DNA of 63,598 nucleotides, filler included, from Ministeria vibrans ATCC 50519 (taxonomy: Eukaryota > Protista > Filasterea), in the NCBI GenBank assembly GCA_943704425.1. It is 13 parts of 13 records of this genome, joined end to end, with 100 filler letters (N's around TTAATTAATTAA, not from the genome) between each part and the next. Parts side by side here need not be neighbours in the genome. Positions count along the whole stretch, not along the records: positions 12,529 to 28,909 come from CALSCP010000654.1; positions 29,010 to 30,142 come from CALSCP010002475.1; positions 30,243 to 31,386 come from CALSCP010002244.1; positions 31,487 to 34,622 come from CALSCP010002468.1; positions 34,723 to 39,775 come from CALSCP010000245.1; 8 more parts are not named here. The stretch is one strand, 5' to 3'. The notes under the pieces were generated by a model. It was given only the letters and a program-made list of their open reading frames with translations, did no database searches and was not told the DNA's origin. This document shows positions 23,499 through 34,781 of this stretch, piece by piece (position 1 is the stretch's first letter; every line of letters begins with the position of its first letter). Both the position numbers and the translations under genes were made by a program.

Positions 23499-24155
23499 AT
23501 GGGAAGCCTATTCTCTCGCCCACCAGCTGGCGTGACGGACGTTCTTTTTTTCCCGTGCAAGTTGCCCTGTCGAGCCTTTGAAAAGCACCACTCGTGCCGA
23601 AACGGCGCCTCCTGTTCCTATGCCCACGGTCCCACCAACTTCACGAAGCTCCAGCAGTACTTGGGCGCGCGTCGATCACTTGACATTTGCGTATTCAACT
23701 TGACCAGCGACGATTTGGCGAAGCAGATTTTGGCGCTGCATCAGCGCGGAATTCGCGTCCGTCTTATCACTGACGATGAACAAGGTTCGCCCCTCACACG
23801 ATGAACGTTGGACGGGCGTGGTTCATTCAGAGAGCCAGCGTCGCCGCGTATCATCCGCGACTCACGCTTCACTCACGCTCGATCTCTTCCAGCCTCATCG
23901 ACGGGCAGTAAGATAGCGCAGCTAATCAAAGGCGGTGTGAGCGTCCGACACGACGCGAGTGTTCTCACGCATATGCATCACAAGTTTGCAGTGGTAGACG
24001 ACAGGCTTGTTCTCAACGGATCTTTGAACTGGACTGTGCAAGGTGTTTCACGCAATCGCGAGAATGTGCAGGTGTCGTCTGACCCGCGAGCGGTGCGCGC
24101 GTTCAAAGCGGAATTTGAACGCCTTTGGCGTGAATTCCGCAACAACAAGCTGTGA
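23499..24155 (+). CDS. PLD6: PLD6/Zucchini (single-HKD phospholipase D-family nuclease/cardiolipin hydrolase), intron 23785-23892
   Basis: VLFFP, Cys/His zinc-wing region, SLDICVF, MHHKFAVVD...NGSLNWT, NRENV. Confidence 0.9.
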
Positions 24156-24203
24156 ATTGTGTAAGTTGTGTAGTGTAATAGAAGTCTCTCATCTATCTTT
24201 ACT

Positions 24204-24348
24204 TCAAATGGGGGGTTTCGACCCGCCTAGTCTTGGTTTGCGTCGCCCGCTCCGCTGACGTGCATCACCACCCAGCTTCTCGACCATCTTTGTCGATAAC
24301 TTCTTCATCTGTTCTCTCGTTGGCAGCTGCATAGAAGGGGGATGCGTG

Positions 24349-24441
<93 letters not shown>

Positions 24442-27178
24442 TTGCGTCAGTTCAGCATGGTGAGACCGTACTGCTTGCTGCGCCATTCTCTGGTGCCCAC
24501 TTTCCTCGTCGCTGCTCTCTCCATCATTCCTCTGTCGGTACTGTCGTGGCGACGACGACCCGAATCCCAGTGGTTCGTCTACCAGTGCACTGCGACTCAT
24601 TGAAATCCGGGTGTTGTGCTTTGGCACCGCCTTTTCTACCCCATCCACCTGTCAAGTACAAGGTGGATTATGTTGCATCGACAGGTAGTGTATGTTGTTT
24701 CCTCACCTCAGGCGCGTGTTTGCTTTGCATGCGCGCAATCTGGTCGTACACCGCACCCAATTCGCCCTGTAGATACCGCAGCATGTCGGGAAGGTACGCC
24801 TCGCTGGCTCTGTCAAACTACAGCCATGCCGGATAAGTCGGAGTAGTCTACGTGAGCACTGCATGAAACCCTACCGTCGTCTGTGCTCCCTGCCCAACGG
24901 CTGCATGTACAACGTCCGTCAGCTTCTCGACGCCCAGTCGCGTGTCCAATAACAGCGCATCGTGTCGCTGCTGCTCTGTCTCCAATGCTCTCTGCCTCTG
25001 CGCTACCTGTGACAACTGCGTCTGAACACTCTCGCCCAGCGACTGTGACGACACAACGCAACTCTGGTCAAGAGAATGTACAGACCCCTGCCTTGGAGTA
25101 TTTCTTATTATTCTCTTATTACCTTTGCATCTTTAACAATGGTCGCGGGAGTGTGTTTGAGGCAAACAACCTCTCGCTCCTGCTGCACTCGCTTACACTC
25201 GGCCTCAGCTTCCTCCTTGCTTTTGCGTCTCTCCTCCACAATCGCATCCAATTGCTCTTTGCGCTTCCTCTGTCCCGTCAGCTGCTCTACTACCGCCACA
25301 GTGCCTGTACTGCCCGTCACCTCTTCTAATCGACGGAAGACCTACACGTACCGTTAATTACTGCCTAAATCTGTTGTGCACCCTTGGAGAGAACTCTATT
25401 AATAGAGTACTCAATTACCTGACCGTAGTGGTCGATCTTTTCAAGCAGTGCCAGCTCCTCCACCGGATCTCCTTGAGCAGCTGCCTCGCTCATTCGCCGC
25501 TCCCGCTCCATCTCCGCCAATGTCCTGCGGGCCTCCACCTCTTCCATTGCCTTCATTCTCCGCCGCACCTCCTCGCGATGGGCCTCCACCTCTTGCTCCT
25601 GCTCCAGCCGTTGCCCTGCCAACTTCTCCTCCATTCTTTGCTGCTCCACCTATACAGATCAAATTATTATAATAATGCCTTGTCTTGTTTTGACATTGAG
25701 TGTATACAGCTCTTTTCTTTTCGTATTATTATTATTTTCTTGTTCACTCAATCTTCTGCAGATCTCCCTTTCAAACCTTAGCTTCATCACGCGCTTGCAA
25801 TGCATCCTTTTTGACTTTCTTGAGCTTGGCCAGCTCAGCGCGCTTTGCTGTGAGAAGCTCCTAATTAGAAGAAGAAAAAGACATTTCCAATTATTTAAAA
25901 AGGAGTGTCAAAGAGATTAATATTATTATTCTAATAATGCAGGATAATTGTTACAATATTAAGAAGAAGAAGAATACAACTCATTAATGATTTATCATAC
26001 AGTCATAATTATAAATAAAATAAATAAAAATAATATAAAGAAGAAGAAGACATTCCAATTTATTATCAATCACAAACGAAAAGCGACAACACAAACAGCT
26101 CAGAACCACTTATATTATTATTAATAATTAATAATATTATTATTATAATAATAAATATTTTATTTTTGTTATTATTATTGATTTTTGGTGATTTTGTGTT
26201 TTTTGTACCTTGAGCTGCTCGAGAGTTCGATCGTATGTCAATCGATCTTGACTGAGTTTCTCCTGAATGTGCAAGTAAGTCTTGTGGATTGTCATTGCTT
26301 CTTCGTGCTTCACTTGCAGCTTTTCTAATCGGTTCTCCGTCATTCGTATTTGCTATCCATTGCAACAATTGCAACACAAGAACGCGAAAATGTTATGATT
26401 CGCTCTCCATTTCATAGAGTCCGTACTCGTTTGTGCTCCTCGGTAGCCTCATCAGGCACTTCGTCCACATCATCCGCTTGCAAATCGATCAGTTGCTGCT
26501 GCAAGTGCTGCATTTGCAACTCCTTCTCGCGTCGTCGGTGTCGCTCACTGTCCATGCGTTTGCGCATTTCCGCCACTCGATTATTTTGGTGCGCGATCAT
26601 TTTGGGCGTAATCTTATCATTGGCCGCATTCTACACATAATTCCAAAGACATTGAAACAACAAAAGCAATCTCTGTACATGTACTGCGTGTGCAATCGAT
26701 ATGACTTGTCGTACCTGAGTGACGGCGGAAATTTCAAATCGCATATTTTTGTTTTGCTGGCGTAACGCAGCAATGCTCCTTGTATTGCTCTCCATTTCTT
26801 TGTGAAGCCTCTCCTTAGATGCTCGTTGATCGCCCTCTGCAGAGATCGAGAGGAATAAAAACACACACAGCCAGGCACAGGGGAGAGAAAGGGTTTTGTC
26901 GTCAGATATTTGGTGAGTTCACTATGGCAACCCCACAAATTTGCTTCAATGAGCGCCGTAATATTGCCACTGCAGTGGTGATTGCAATCGCAATCCAATA
27001 CTGCCCCGTGTTTCAGCATTGGCGCTGAGTTTGCGTTTCACGTACGTAACACTGCGATTTTGCGTCGAAGCTCTGTCGCCTCCTCCTCTACCGCCCCCGG
27101 TCGTGCCACGGTAGCACTTGAACTCAATGCTAACGTTCGATTTGTTTGGTGAAACTGAAACGAGTCAAACGACGCCAT
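24204..27178 (-). CDS. ODAD3: Outer dynein arm docking complex coiled-coil protein CCDC151/ODAD3-like, multi-exon
   Basis: LRRKIAVL|QGDQRA, RVRTL|..ENRLEKLQVKHEEAMTIHKTYLHIQEKLSQDRLTYD, DALQARDEAK, C-terminal LPTREQMKK. Confidence 0.72.
24351..24438. repeat. (TG)n intronic microsatellite
   Basis: Perfect run. Confidence 0.95.
26917..26931. promoter_or_regulatory. Candidate RFX X-box GTTCACTATGGCAAC in ODAD3 intron 1
   Basis: Perfect ATGGCAAC half-site plus GTT-initiated partner. Confidence 0.4.
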
Positions 27179-27473
27179 AGTAAGAAGAATAAAAATATGA
27201 TTAAATGAAATTATTTTGCAGTGTTCTCTAGCGTGAGTCCAGCACTACTCTAGCTAGCTCAGGGTTCAACTGTGACTGAGTCAGTGACTCCGTATATTAT
27301 CTTCATGGCCCGATCATGATTAATGAGTGTGCCCTACTTTGCCGTGTACTTGGTTGCGCACTGTAGTTACGAGCCTGACAATCAATCGGCACTTGTTTCA
27401 CATTTCCCTTAATTGAGTAATGAGTTTATCTTAATTCTATTTTACTCACTACGAGCATTGCTGCCAGGACAGA

Positions 27474-28103
27474 ATGGCTGATATGGATTTGATCGCGCAG
27501 GCCGAGTCCATGATGAGCTCCGAGCGTGACTTGATTGCAAATACTGCAAACGTCTCATCAATTGTCTCGCACGCCCTTGCCGACCGTCACAATGGCAAAA
27601 CGTACAACTGGACCGGGTTTTACTTTATGAGAAAAGGCGAGCTAGTCCTAGGGCCCTTTATGGTACCGTTTGTTCTGACGGTGTGTCTCTCTCGGCGAAT
27701 GTAACCCCCTTCCCTGCCTCCCAACCAACGCTACAGGGCAAGCCGGCTTGCATTCGGATTAAAGTGGGCCGAGGTGTCTGTGGAACTGCTGTGTCGGAGA
27801 AGAAGAGCCAGGTGAGACCAAAGGAACGATACCTTTTGACCACCGATCGTCTCACACATAATAATATGAATGTAGCTCATCCAGGACGTACACGAATTCA
27901 AGGGACACATAGCTTGCGACTCGGCCTCCAACTCGGAGCTTGTTGTCCCATTGTTTGACCCCAACGACCCTTCTCGGGTTGTTGGCGTCTTCGACCTTGA
28001 CTGTGAGCAAACAAGCGGATTCGACGCAAACGATCAGTTGACCATGGAGGCAATTGCACGCGCAGTCGAAAAGGCGTGTGATTGGTCCTGTCTTGAGAAA
28101 TGA
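27474..28103 (+). CDS. msrC: GAF-domain free methionine-R-sulfoxide reductase, 2 introns
   Basis: IANTANVSS, NWTGFY, LVLGPFM|GKPACIRI, GRGVCGTA, DVHEFKGHIACDSASNSELVVP, GVFDLD. Confidence 0.93.
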
Positions 28104-28511
28104 TCTGTAAACAATAGAGAGACTAAAACCTGATATGTCATGTATAGTATTATTATTTTTTATTGGTTCAGGTAATGTGTGTTACGATTTATTCCTCATT
28201 CATTCATAAACATTTCGCCAGATTCAGCGCAGGTAGTTGGGACAATTGTACATATTCATACGCATAGCACTATTGGCAGTACATACATGCGAGCAGACCT
28301 TGAAATTGTCACAGGGATTGCACCCAGAATCAGACTTGGGAGTAAGGATGCCGGACGACTAATGCCTCGCCGGTTCGAAAACTTAACCCTCTGGCAACCC
28401 ACTCAATGCCCCTGACGCTTTAAGAATGCTTTTTACTTGTTTGTGTTCGTCATGATAATACTATACAGTCGATGTACAGGACGTGCGAGAAGCTCAGTAG
28501 AGCCAAAATGG

Positions 28512-28805
28512 TTATTCTTCGCCCATACTGCGCTGTCCAGAGTACAGCGTGTCCTCCTCGTCATCGTCCTCCTCTTCGTCATCGTCGTCGTCGAATTTGC
28601 GTCCCAGCAACCCGGCCATGTTGTAGTGGCCTGCTCGTACCTTTTGAAACTCGCGCTGTTGCTCTATTGACCGATAGTAACGTGTTGAGATGAAAATTAA
28701 AATAGCCACTAGTTCTCACCACTGACAGGCTCGTGCCCATAGTCCTCTTCCTCATATATATCCCGTCCAATATCCAACGCGCGATTGTCAGCATCGAGGC
28801 TCATC
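28512..28805 (-). CDS. Terminal exons of an unidentified gene with an acidic, Tyr-containing tail
   Basis: Two exon-like segments (DIYEEEDYGHEP; YYRSIEQQ...DDDDEEED); 5' part lost at linker. Confidence 0.45.
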
Positions 28806-28835
28806 TAATAGAGAGAGAGAGAGAGAGAGAGTTAG

Positions 28836-28909
<74 letters not shown>

Positions 28910-29560
28910 NNNNNNNNNNNNNNNNNNNNNNNNNNNNNNNNNNNNNNNNNNNNTTAATTAATTAANNNNNNNNNNNNNNNNNNNNNNNNNNNNNNNNNNN
29001 NNNNNNNNNGTCGAGTCAAACGACGAACCCACTCATGCCTCAGATGCCTTCTCCCTAAGGCGACAAATGTAGCCGAGCGTGCCACAAATTGAGATTGGGA
29101 AGCGAGCAGGAACCACTACATTTTTATTCTCCTCTGTTGGAAAATGGCCGACGTCCCTTGGGCGCGCCACTGCCGCGGTTCGGTACTTTACAGAACTTGT
29201 GTTTCAATATCGCTTTTGGGCAACCCTTTCCAATGGACGAAAAATGAGAAAGTTAGTCGAAAAGGTAGCTTGAGTGGGAGGCATGGAGAGCTGCGTCGAT
29301 ATTGGGATGAGTGAAAAACAAACGGTTGTCATCTTTGGACGAATTTTTGAGCAGAGCGTCAGGGAAGGAGGGAGGGCGTTGAGAGCGGATGAGGCGGTAA
29401 TGGATTCCCATCACTCCAGGTGGGGAGGGATGGGGAGGGTGGGGTGAGAGGAGGTGGTGCGGGTTGAGACGAAGTTGGCTAGGTAGTACCAGTATGCAGT
29501 GTGTATGAAATACTTCCTTGGTATTCTTCCTTTTGTTTCTTTTTTTTTCGGCTGCTAAGC

Positions 29561-29968
29561 TTAGCAGAGGTGGCGGTGGTGAATGGGTCGCTTGGATTCA
29601 TTGGCCAGACAGATACGCAGCAATATGGATTGCCACGAGCAGAAAGCACGCAATTCTTTGCCCGCAAATATGCGCACTCGCGTGTGGCAGCTGGCAAAGT
29701 CTGGCGGAAGTACATCCGTCACAATGTTGCCGTACAGCCCGGGATTGGAGTCAACCAGTAACGTATGAAGCCGGGGCATTTTGAAGAAGGCAGGGTCGAG
29801 GGAGCCCGAGAGTCTGTTGTCCTGCAACTGAAGCGTCTCGAGCAGTGGAAGGGTTGCAAGTGAGCGAGGAATGGTGCCAGTAAAGCGGTTGTTGTACAAG
29901 TCCAAAGCGCGCAGTTTGCGCCAGTGGGTCCCGATCCAGTCGGGAATGGAGCCATTGAAACCGTTTGC
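29561..29968 (-). CDS. Extracellular plant-type LRR protein fragment
   Basis: NGFNGSIPDWIG, LRALDLYNNRFTGTIPRSL, LQLQDNRLSGSL, LLVDSNPGLYGNI. Confidence 0.8.
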   Translation of the reverse strand, partial: ANGFNGSIPDWIGTHWRKLRALDLYNNRFTGTIPRSLATLPLLETLQLQDNRLSGSLDPAFFKMPRLHTLLVDSNPGLYGNIVTDVLPPDFASCHTRVRIFAGKELRAFCSWQSILLRICLANESKRPIHHRHLC

Positions 29969-30056
29969 ATCTAATTTTTTTTGTGTTATAATAATAATAA
30001 TAATAAAAATTAATAATAATATTATTATTATTATATTTTTTGAACGTGAGCAGAAA

Positions 30057-30142
<86 letters not shown>

Positions 30143-30361
30143 NNNNNNNNNNNNNNNNNNNNNNNNNNNNNNNNNNNNNNNNNNNNTTAATTAATTAANN
30201 NNNNNNNNNNNNNNNNNNNNNNNNNNNNNNNNNNNNNNNNNNGCCATTTCTAATTTATATAATTTCACATTATTATAGCGATAAGTCTAAACTGCAGTTT
30301 CATTCTTTCCATATCACCGCTTCTTTTCTTCTTCTTAACACTAGCTATTTGCCATTACATA

Positions 30362-30430
<69 letters not shown>

Positions 30431-30717
30431 GCACACTGCCTCATTCAAACGTCTCTCCTCCTCTCTCAAACACTCTCTTTCTCCCTCATTGTTTTCCTCT
30501 TTCTCTCTCTCTTTCTCTCTCGATGAATACTAAAAAATATAATTATTCTTTTCTGTAAGCTACAAAAGCACATGACTGACATGAAGGCTCAAAAGAAAGA
30601 CCAGAGCATTGCAAGGGCACACGGCAAGAGAAGCGCAAGAAAGATCATTTGCATGCGACTCATCTAAGAACAACGGATCAAAACACACAGGTCAAACACA
30701 TTGCGTATGGATATCCT

Positions 30718-31318
30718 ACCTTTTTGTTGAGTTCACTAATGGTGCGATGGGCCTCGTCCAGCTCGGCAGAGGACTGAGACGAGGAGTTTTCCCTCTCGGT
30801 GCGCAAAAGAGACTCCTGCTCTGCCAGAGCACTCTCGTGGGCCTGGGTCTCGCGAGCGTGTGCCTGCGCGGCGTCAACAAGCGCCTTCTCGTGTGCAGTG
30901 CGCGCCTCGTCGAGTGCATCACGCACCTGTTTCACCTTTTGCTCGGCGCCCTCTATGGTTGACGTCAGCTCCAAGTGCACGCGCACCGTCTCCTCCGCAA
31001 CTGCCTTCTCCATCTCCTCCAACCGCAACCGCAACCGCTCCTCCTCCTCCTTGTGCCCAGCTACATCCTTCTCCAACCCCCGCACCGTCTCGCCCACCCC
31101 TTCCAGCTCCCCTTGTAGCCCTTTCACCTGTTCCTTCAGCACCTCCTCCCGTTCCCCCATCGCCTTCTCCCGCGCCTCCCCCTCCGCCTTTGCCTTCTCC
31201 TGTGCCGCCTGCGCCTCCCGTATTTCCTTCTCCCCTTCATCCGTTTGCGTCTCCACATGACAACTTATCTTCAGTCGTCCCACCTCCTCCAGTTCTTTCC
31301 GCAATCCATTTCGCGATT
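30718..31318 (-). CDS. Internal exon of a long coiled-coil protein
   Basis: E/K/R-rich heptad ORF between splice sites. Confidence 0.65.
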
Positions 31319-31700
31319 TCTACAAAGAGAGAAAAAAACACAAAACGAGGCATTCAATCACCAAAAAAAAAAAAAAAAAAAAAAAANNNNNNNNNNNNNN
31401 NNNNNNNNNNNNNNNNNNNNNNNNNNNNNNTTAATTAATTAANNNNNNNNNNNNNNNNNNNNNNNNNNNNNNNNNNNNNNNNNNNNGCCAGACGGAAAGC
31501 GAGTAGTGTTGTGTCTCTCTCTCTCTTCTCTCTTCCCTCTCTCTCTCTCTCTGTCTTTTCCTCTTCTGCCTTGTCGCCCAGCGTACCGCGTTGGCGGAGG
31601 GCTCGGGCAGTGGCGTGGGCTGTGTGTGGAAGGGACGCGTGTCGCTGCGCTGTGTGGCTGACCTCTCCTGTGTTGCATTCAGATTTCGATTCCGTCGCTG

Positions 31701-32320
31701 ATGTTGATGAATCCGGCGATCAGTACAACCGCCTATGGGCTGTCCATTGGCGAACTCGTCCAAATACGACGGAGTGACGGTACGTGTGCCGGGGTGTCGC
31801 CCGCAGTGTCGTGGTGTGTGTGCTGATGTGCATTCGGGTGTAGGGCGAACGCACTCGGCGCAAGTCATTGGCATTATTGAGTCGACCATTGAGGTCAAAG
31901 TCAAGTGGTACGTGTCTCCAGTGCAAGGTGTATGATGCTGTTGCCTATTCATGCTGTTGTTGCTGTTTTTTTTTTTTTTTGTCTTACTTGTTTGGTAGGT
32001 TTGAGGATCCGGCGTCGGGATCGTCTCAGGCGACGCCCAGGGAAGGCTACGAGGCGCAAGGAAAGGAGGTACTACTCTTACTCATATCTATTATTATTAA
32101 AATAAGAAAGCAGATTTGGCAATGCAACTGAACACTCACCTACTTGCGGCCGATTTGATTTGGTGTATAGATTGATTTGAATGAGCTGGTCTCAATGAAT
32201 GTGCACCTGCGACCCGTTGTGGATGCAGCCATGGCCGTCAAGGGCCACAACGAAGTGGAGGCCGTGGAGAACCAGGAGTTGATGGAGGCGGTGCGACAAG
32301 AACCAATTTAAACAATATGC

Positions 32321-32355
<35 letters not shown>

Positions 32356-33036
32356 TGATTTACCGTATAATGATTGTGTTTTTAGGTCATGTCGAACAGC
32401 GCTGAGACAATCAAGCGAATGAGTGTGAAGGGAGCGAACATGAGCAGCCGCAACAAGTTTGGAGAGACGCCGCTGCATTGGGCGGTGCGAGACGGCAGCA
32501 TTGACACGGTGCGTGTGCTGCTGCAAGGTGGCGCACGGCCCAACGTGCACGACAAGGACGGCAACACGCCGCTTCACTGGGCGGCTATCCACGGCCATCC
32601 CGACATTATTCCGCTCCTCGTGGGTGCCGGCGGTGATGTTGACCAGAAGAACAAGCTGGGTTTCACACCGCTGGGGTTGGCGCGTGAGCGTGGCTTCGAC
32701 GAGTGTGGGCGGCAGCTCATGGCCGCCAGTGGCAACAAGAAGATGATCAAGCAGGCGAGCAAGGGTGCCGTCGTTGGTGCCGCCGGCATGCCCAGTGTCG
32801 CCGAGGTTCAGGGCGCCGTGGCCAAGCCCGAACAGGTGCTCGATCCCAAGGCCCAGAAGCTCAAGGAGAAGGAGAAGGCGGCGGAGGAGAAGCGCGCGGC
32901 GGCGGCAGCCAAAAAGGCCGCCAAGGAGGGCGAGAAGAAGGCCAAGGAGGAGGCCAAGGCGAAGGCCAAGGCCGAGAAAGAGGCTGCCAAGGCCGCCAAG
33001 GCTGCCGAGAAGGCCGCTGCCAAGGCTGCAAAGTGA
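31701..33036 (+). CDS. Kinesin-13 (KIF2)-type N-terminal domain + ankyrin repeats + Lys/Ala-rich tail, 5 exons
   Basis: Exons 31701-31779, 31844-31907, 31999-32068, 32171-32290, 32386-33036 splice in frame; GETPLHWA, GNTPLHWAA, GFTPLGLA. Confidence 0.82.
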
Positions 33037-33379
33037 AAAACAATAAAAATCAATGGAAGTACGAATTGCAACTCAATCATTACTTTTTTTTGTCTCTCTC
33101 TTTTGAATTGGTCTGCTACTGACTGTCAGGCTTGAGCAAAGCAAGAAAAGAAATAGCGCTGGTTAATAATATTAAAATAATAATAATAATAATAATTAGA
33201 AGAAGAAGAATACAACCCATTTATTAATGATACAGTCACCACGCGAAGACACAGTATTAATAATAATAATTATTATTATTACTTTTTTATTATTGTTGGA
33301 ATTATTATGATTACTATCTCTTGTGCGATAAATGACTGATCATTATGCTTTGAAATATTATTGATTTTTGCGCTGTGAT

Positions 33380-34132
33380 ATGATTCGTATTGGCTCATCG
33401 ATAGCGGGGTTGCGTCTGTTGTCGGGGCTGAGGCAGCCACATCGCAGCATATTCATCATCCGGCCGCCCGTGCTGACTCGGCGCGAAGTCGTGCGACGGC
33501 GCCTCCTGCGCGCCGGGTGGAGCAGCGCCTTGGTCGGCATGCTGCTGATGCCCGCGACAGACGTGGTGGGCTCGTACATGGCGGCGGGCGGCGCTCTGGC
33601 AGCGCTCTCGTCGCGCTGGCTGTCGAGGGTCTTGGTGTCAGACGCAGAAAACGCAAAGGCGCTCAACCGACAGATACATCAGCAGCATCCGCTCTGGTCG
33701 CGGCGACACCCGTCGGTCGAAGAGGAGGAGGAGGCGGCGGCGGACGGGGGCGCGGATGCGGGCCAGTCGGCAGTCGACTCGCGCACGTCGCTGGTCGCCC
33801 TTGCCTTGGACTCCATCACCGAATCAACACACTTCCCGTCGGCCGAAGCAGCCCGGGTGGGACGGCAGGTGCGCGCCAGCGAGGTCAACGTGAACGGCCA
33901 GCGCACATCCACAGTTGACTTTGAAGTGTTCATTCGAGGGGTGGACCAGCGCGAGACACGGTGTGCCGCCACTGTGACAGGACAGACCATGGACGGCGCA
34001 TGGATCATGACACACTGCTCGGTGCGCACGCCGTCGTCGCCCAAGCCCCTTGTGGTGTTTGATTCGACTTCGATGAGTCGTGGCCGGAGACCGTCGCAAG
34101 TCATTGACGCAACGTTTGTGCGCAAGAAGTGA
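33380..34132 (+). CDS. Probable mitochondrial membrane protein, function unknown
   Basis: Arg-rich, acid-free presequence-like N-terminus, hydrophobic hairpin, beta-rich C-terminal domain. Confidence 0.55.
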   Translation: MIRIGSSIAGLRLLSGLRQPHRSIFIIRPPVLTRREVVRRRLLRAGWSSALVGMLLMPATDVVGSYMAAGGALAALSSRWLSRVLVSDAENAKALNRQIHQQHPLWSRRHPSVEEEEEAAADGGADAGQSAVDSRTSLVALALDSITESTHFPSAEAARVGRQVRASEVNVNGQRTSTVDFEVFIRGVDQRETRCAATVTGQTMDGAWIMTHCSVRTPSSPKPLVVFDSTSMSRGRRPSQVIDATFVRKK

Positions 34133-34512
34133 TTTTCAACCATGTATAAATTGATATTCATATTACACATTACAACAATGAGTTGGTTCTTTTTTGAACA
34201 ATGATGAAACAAAGAGCAACCACACACACAGACACACACGCAGTCACGCACATAACGAAGTACGTGAGATGACAGCTCAGAACCATTTTTATTAGCTTCT
34301 TCATCAAAAATTGAATCGTTTCCAGTTTCAGTTTCTATTCACAATTTCACATACTTATTTTCAATGTCTACTCCTTCGACAGTGTACACGGGAAGAACAA
34401 GCGCTGCTCCTCTACGCTTGGGCCGTGCTGCGGGACTTGCCGTCAGCTGTGTGGGCTCTGTCCTTGGCATCATCTACTTCTTTAACTATCATGTTCTTGT
34501 ACGTCTCTCTCT

Positions 34513-34622
34513 CTCTCTCTATCACTGTGTTCTCTCTATCACTGTGTTCTCTCTATCACTGTGTTCTCTCTATCACTGTGTTCTCTCTATCACTGTGTTC
34601 TCTCTATCACTGTGTTCTCTCT
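34513..34622. repeat. 17-bp minisatellite (TCTCTCTATCACTGTGT)n
   Basis: About 6 perfect units up to the contig end. Confidence 0.93.
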
Positions 34623-34781
34623 NNNNNNNNNNNNNNNNNNNNNNNNNNNNNNNNNNNNNNNNNNNNTTAATTAATTAANNNNNNNNNNNNNNNNNNNNNN
34701 NNNNNNNNNNNNNNNNNNNNNNTCTCTCTCTCTCTCTCACACACACACACACTCTCTCTCTCTCTCTCTCTCGCTCTCTAG

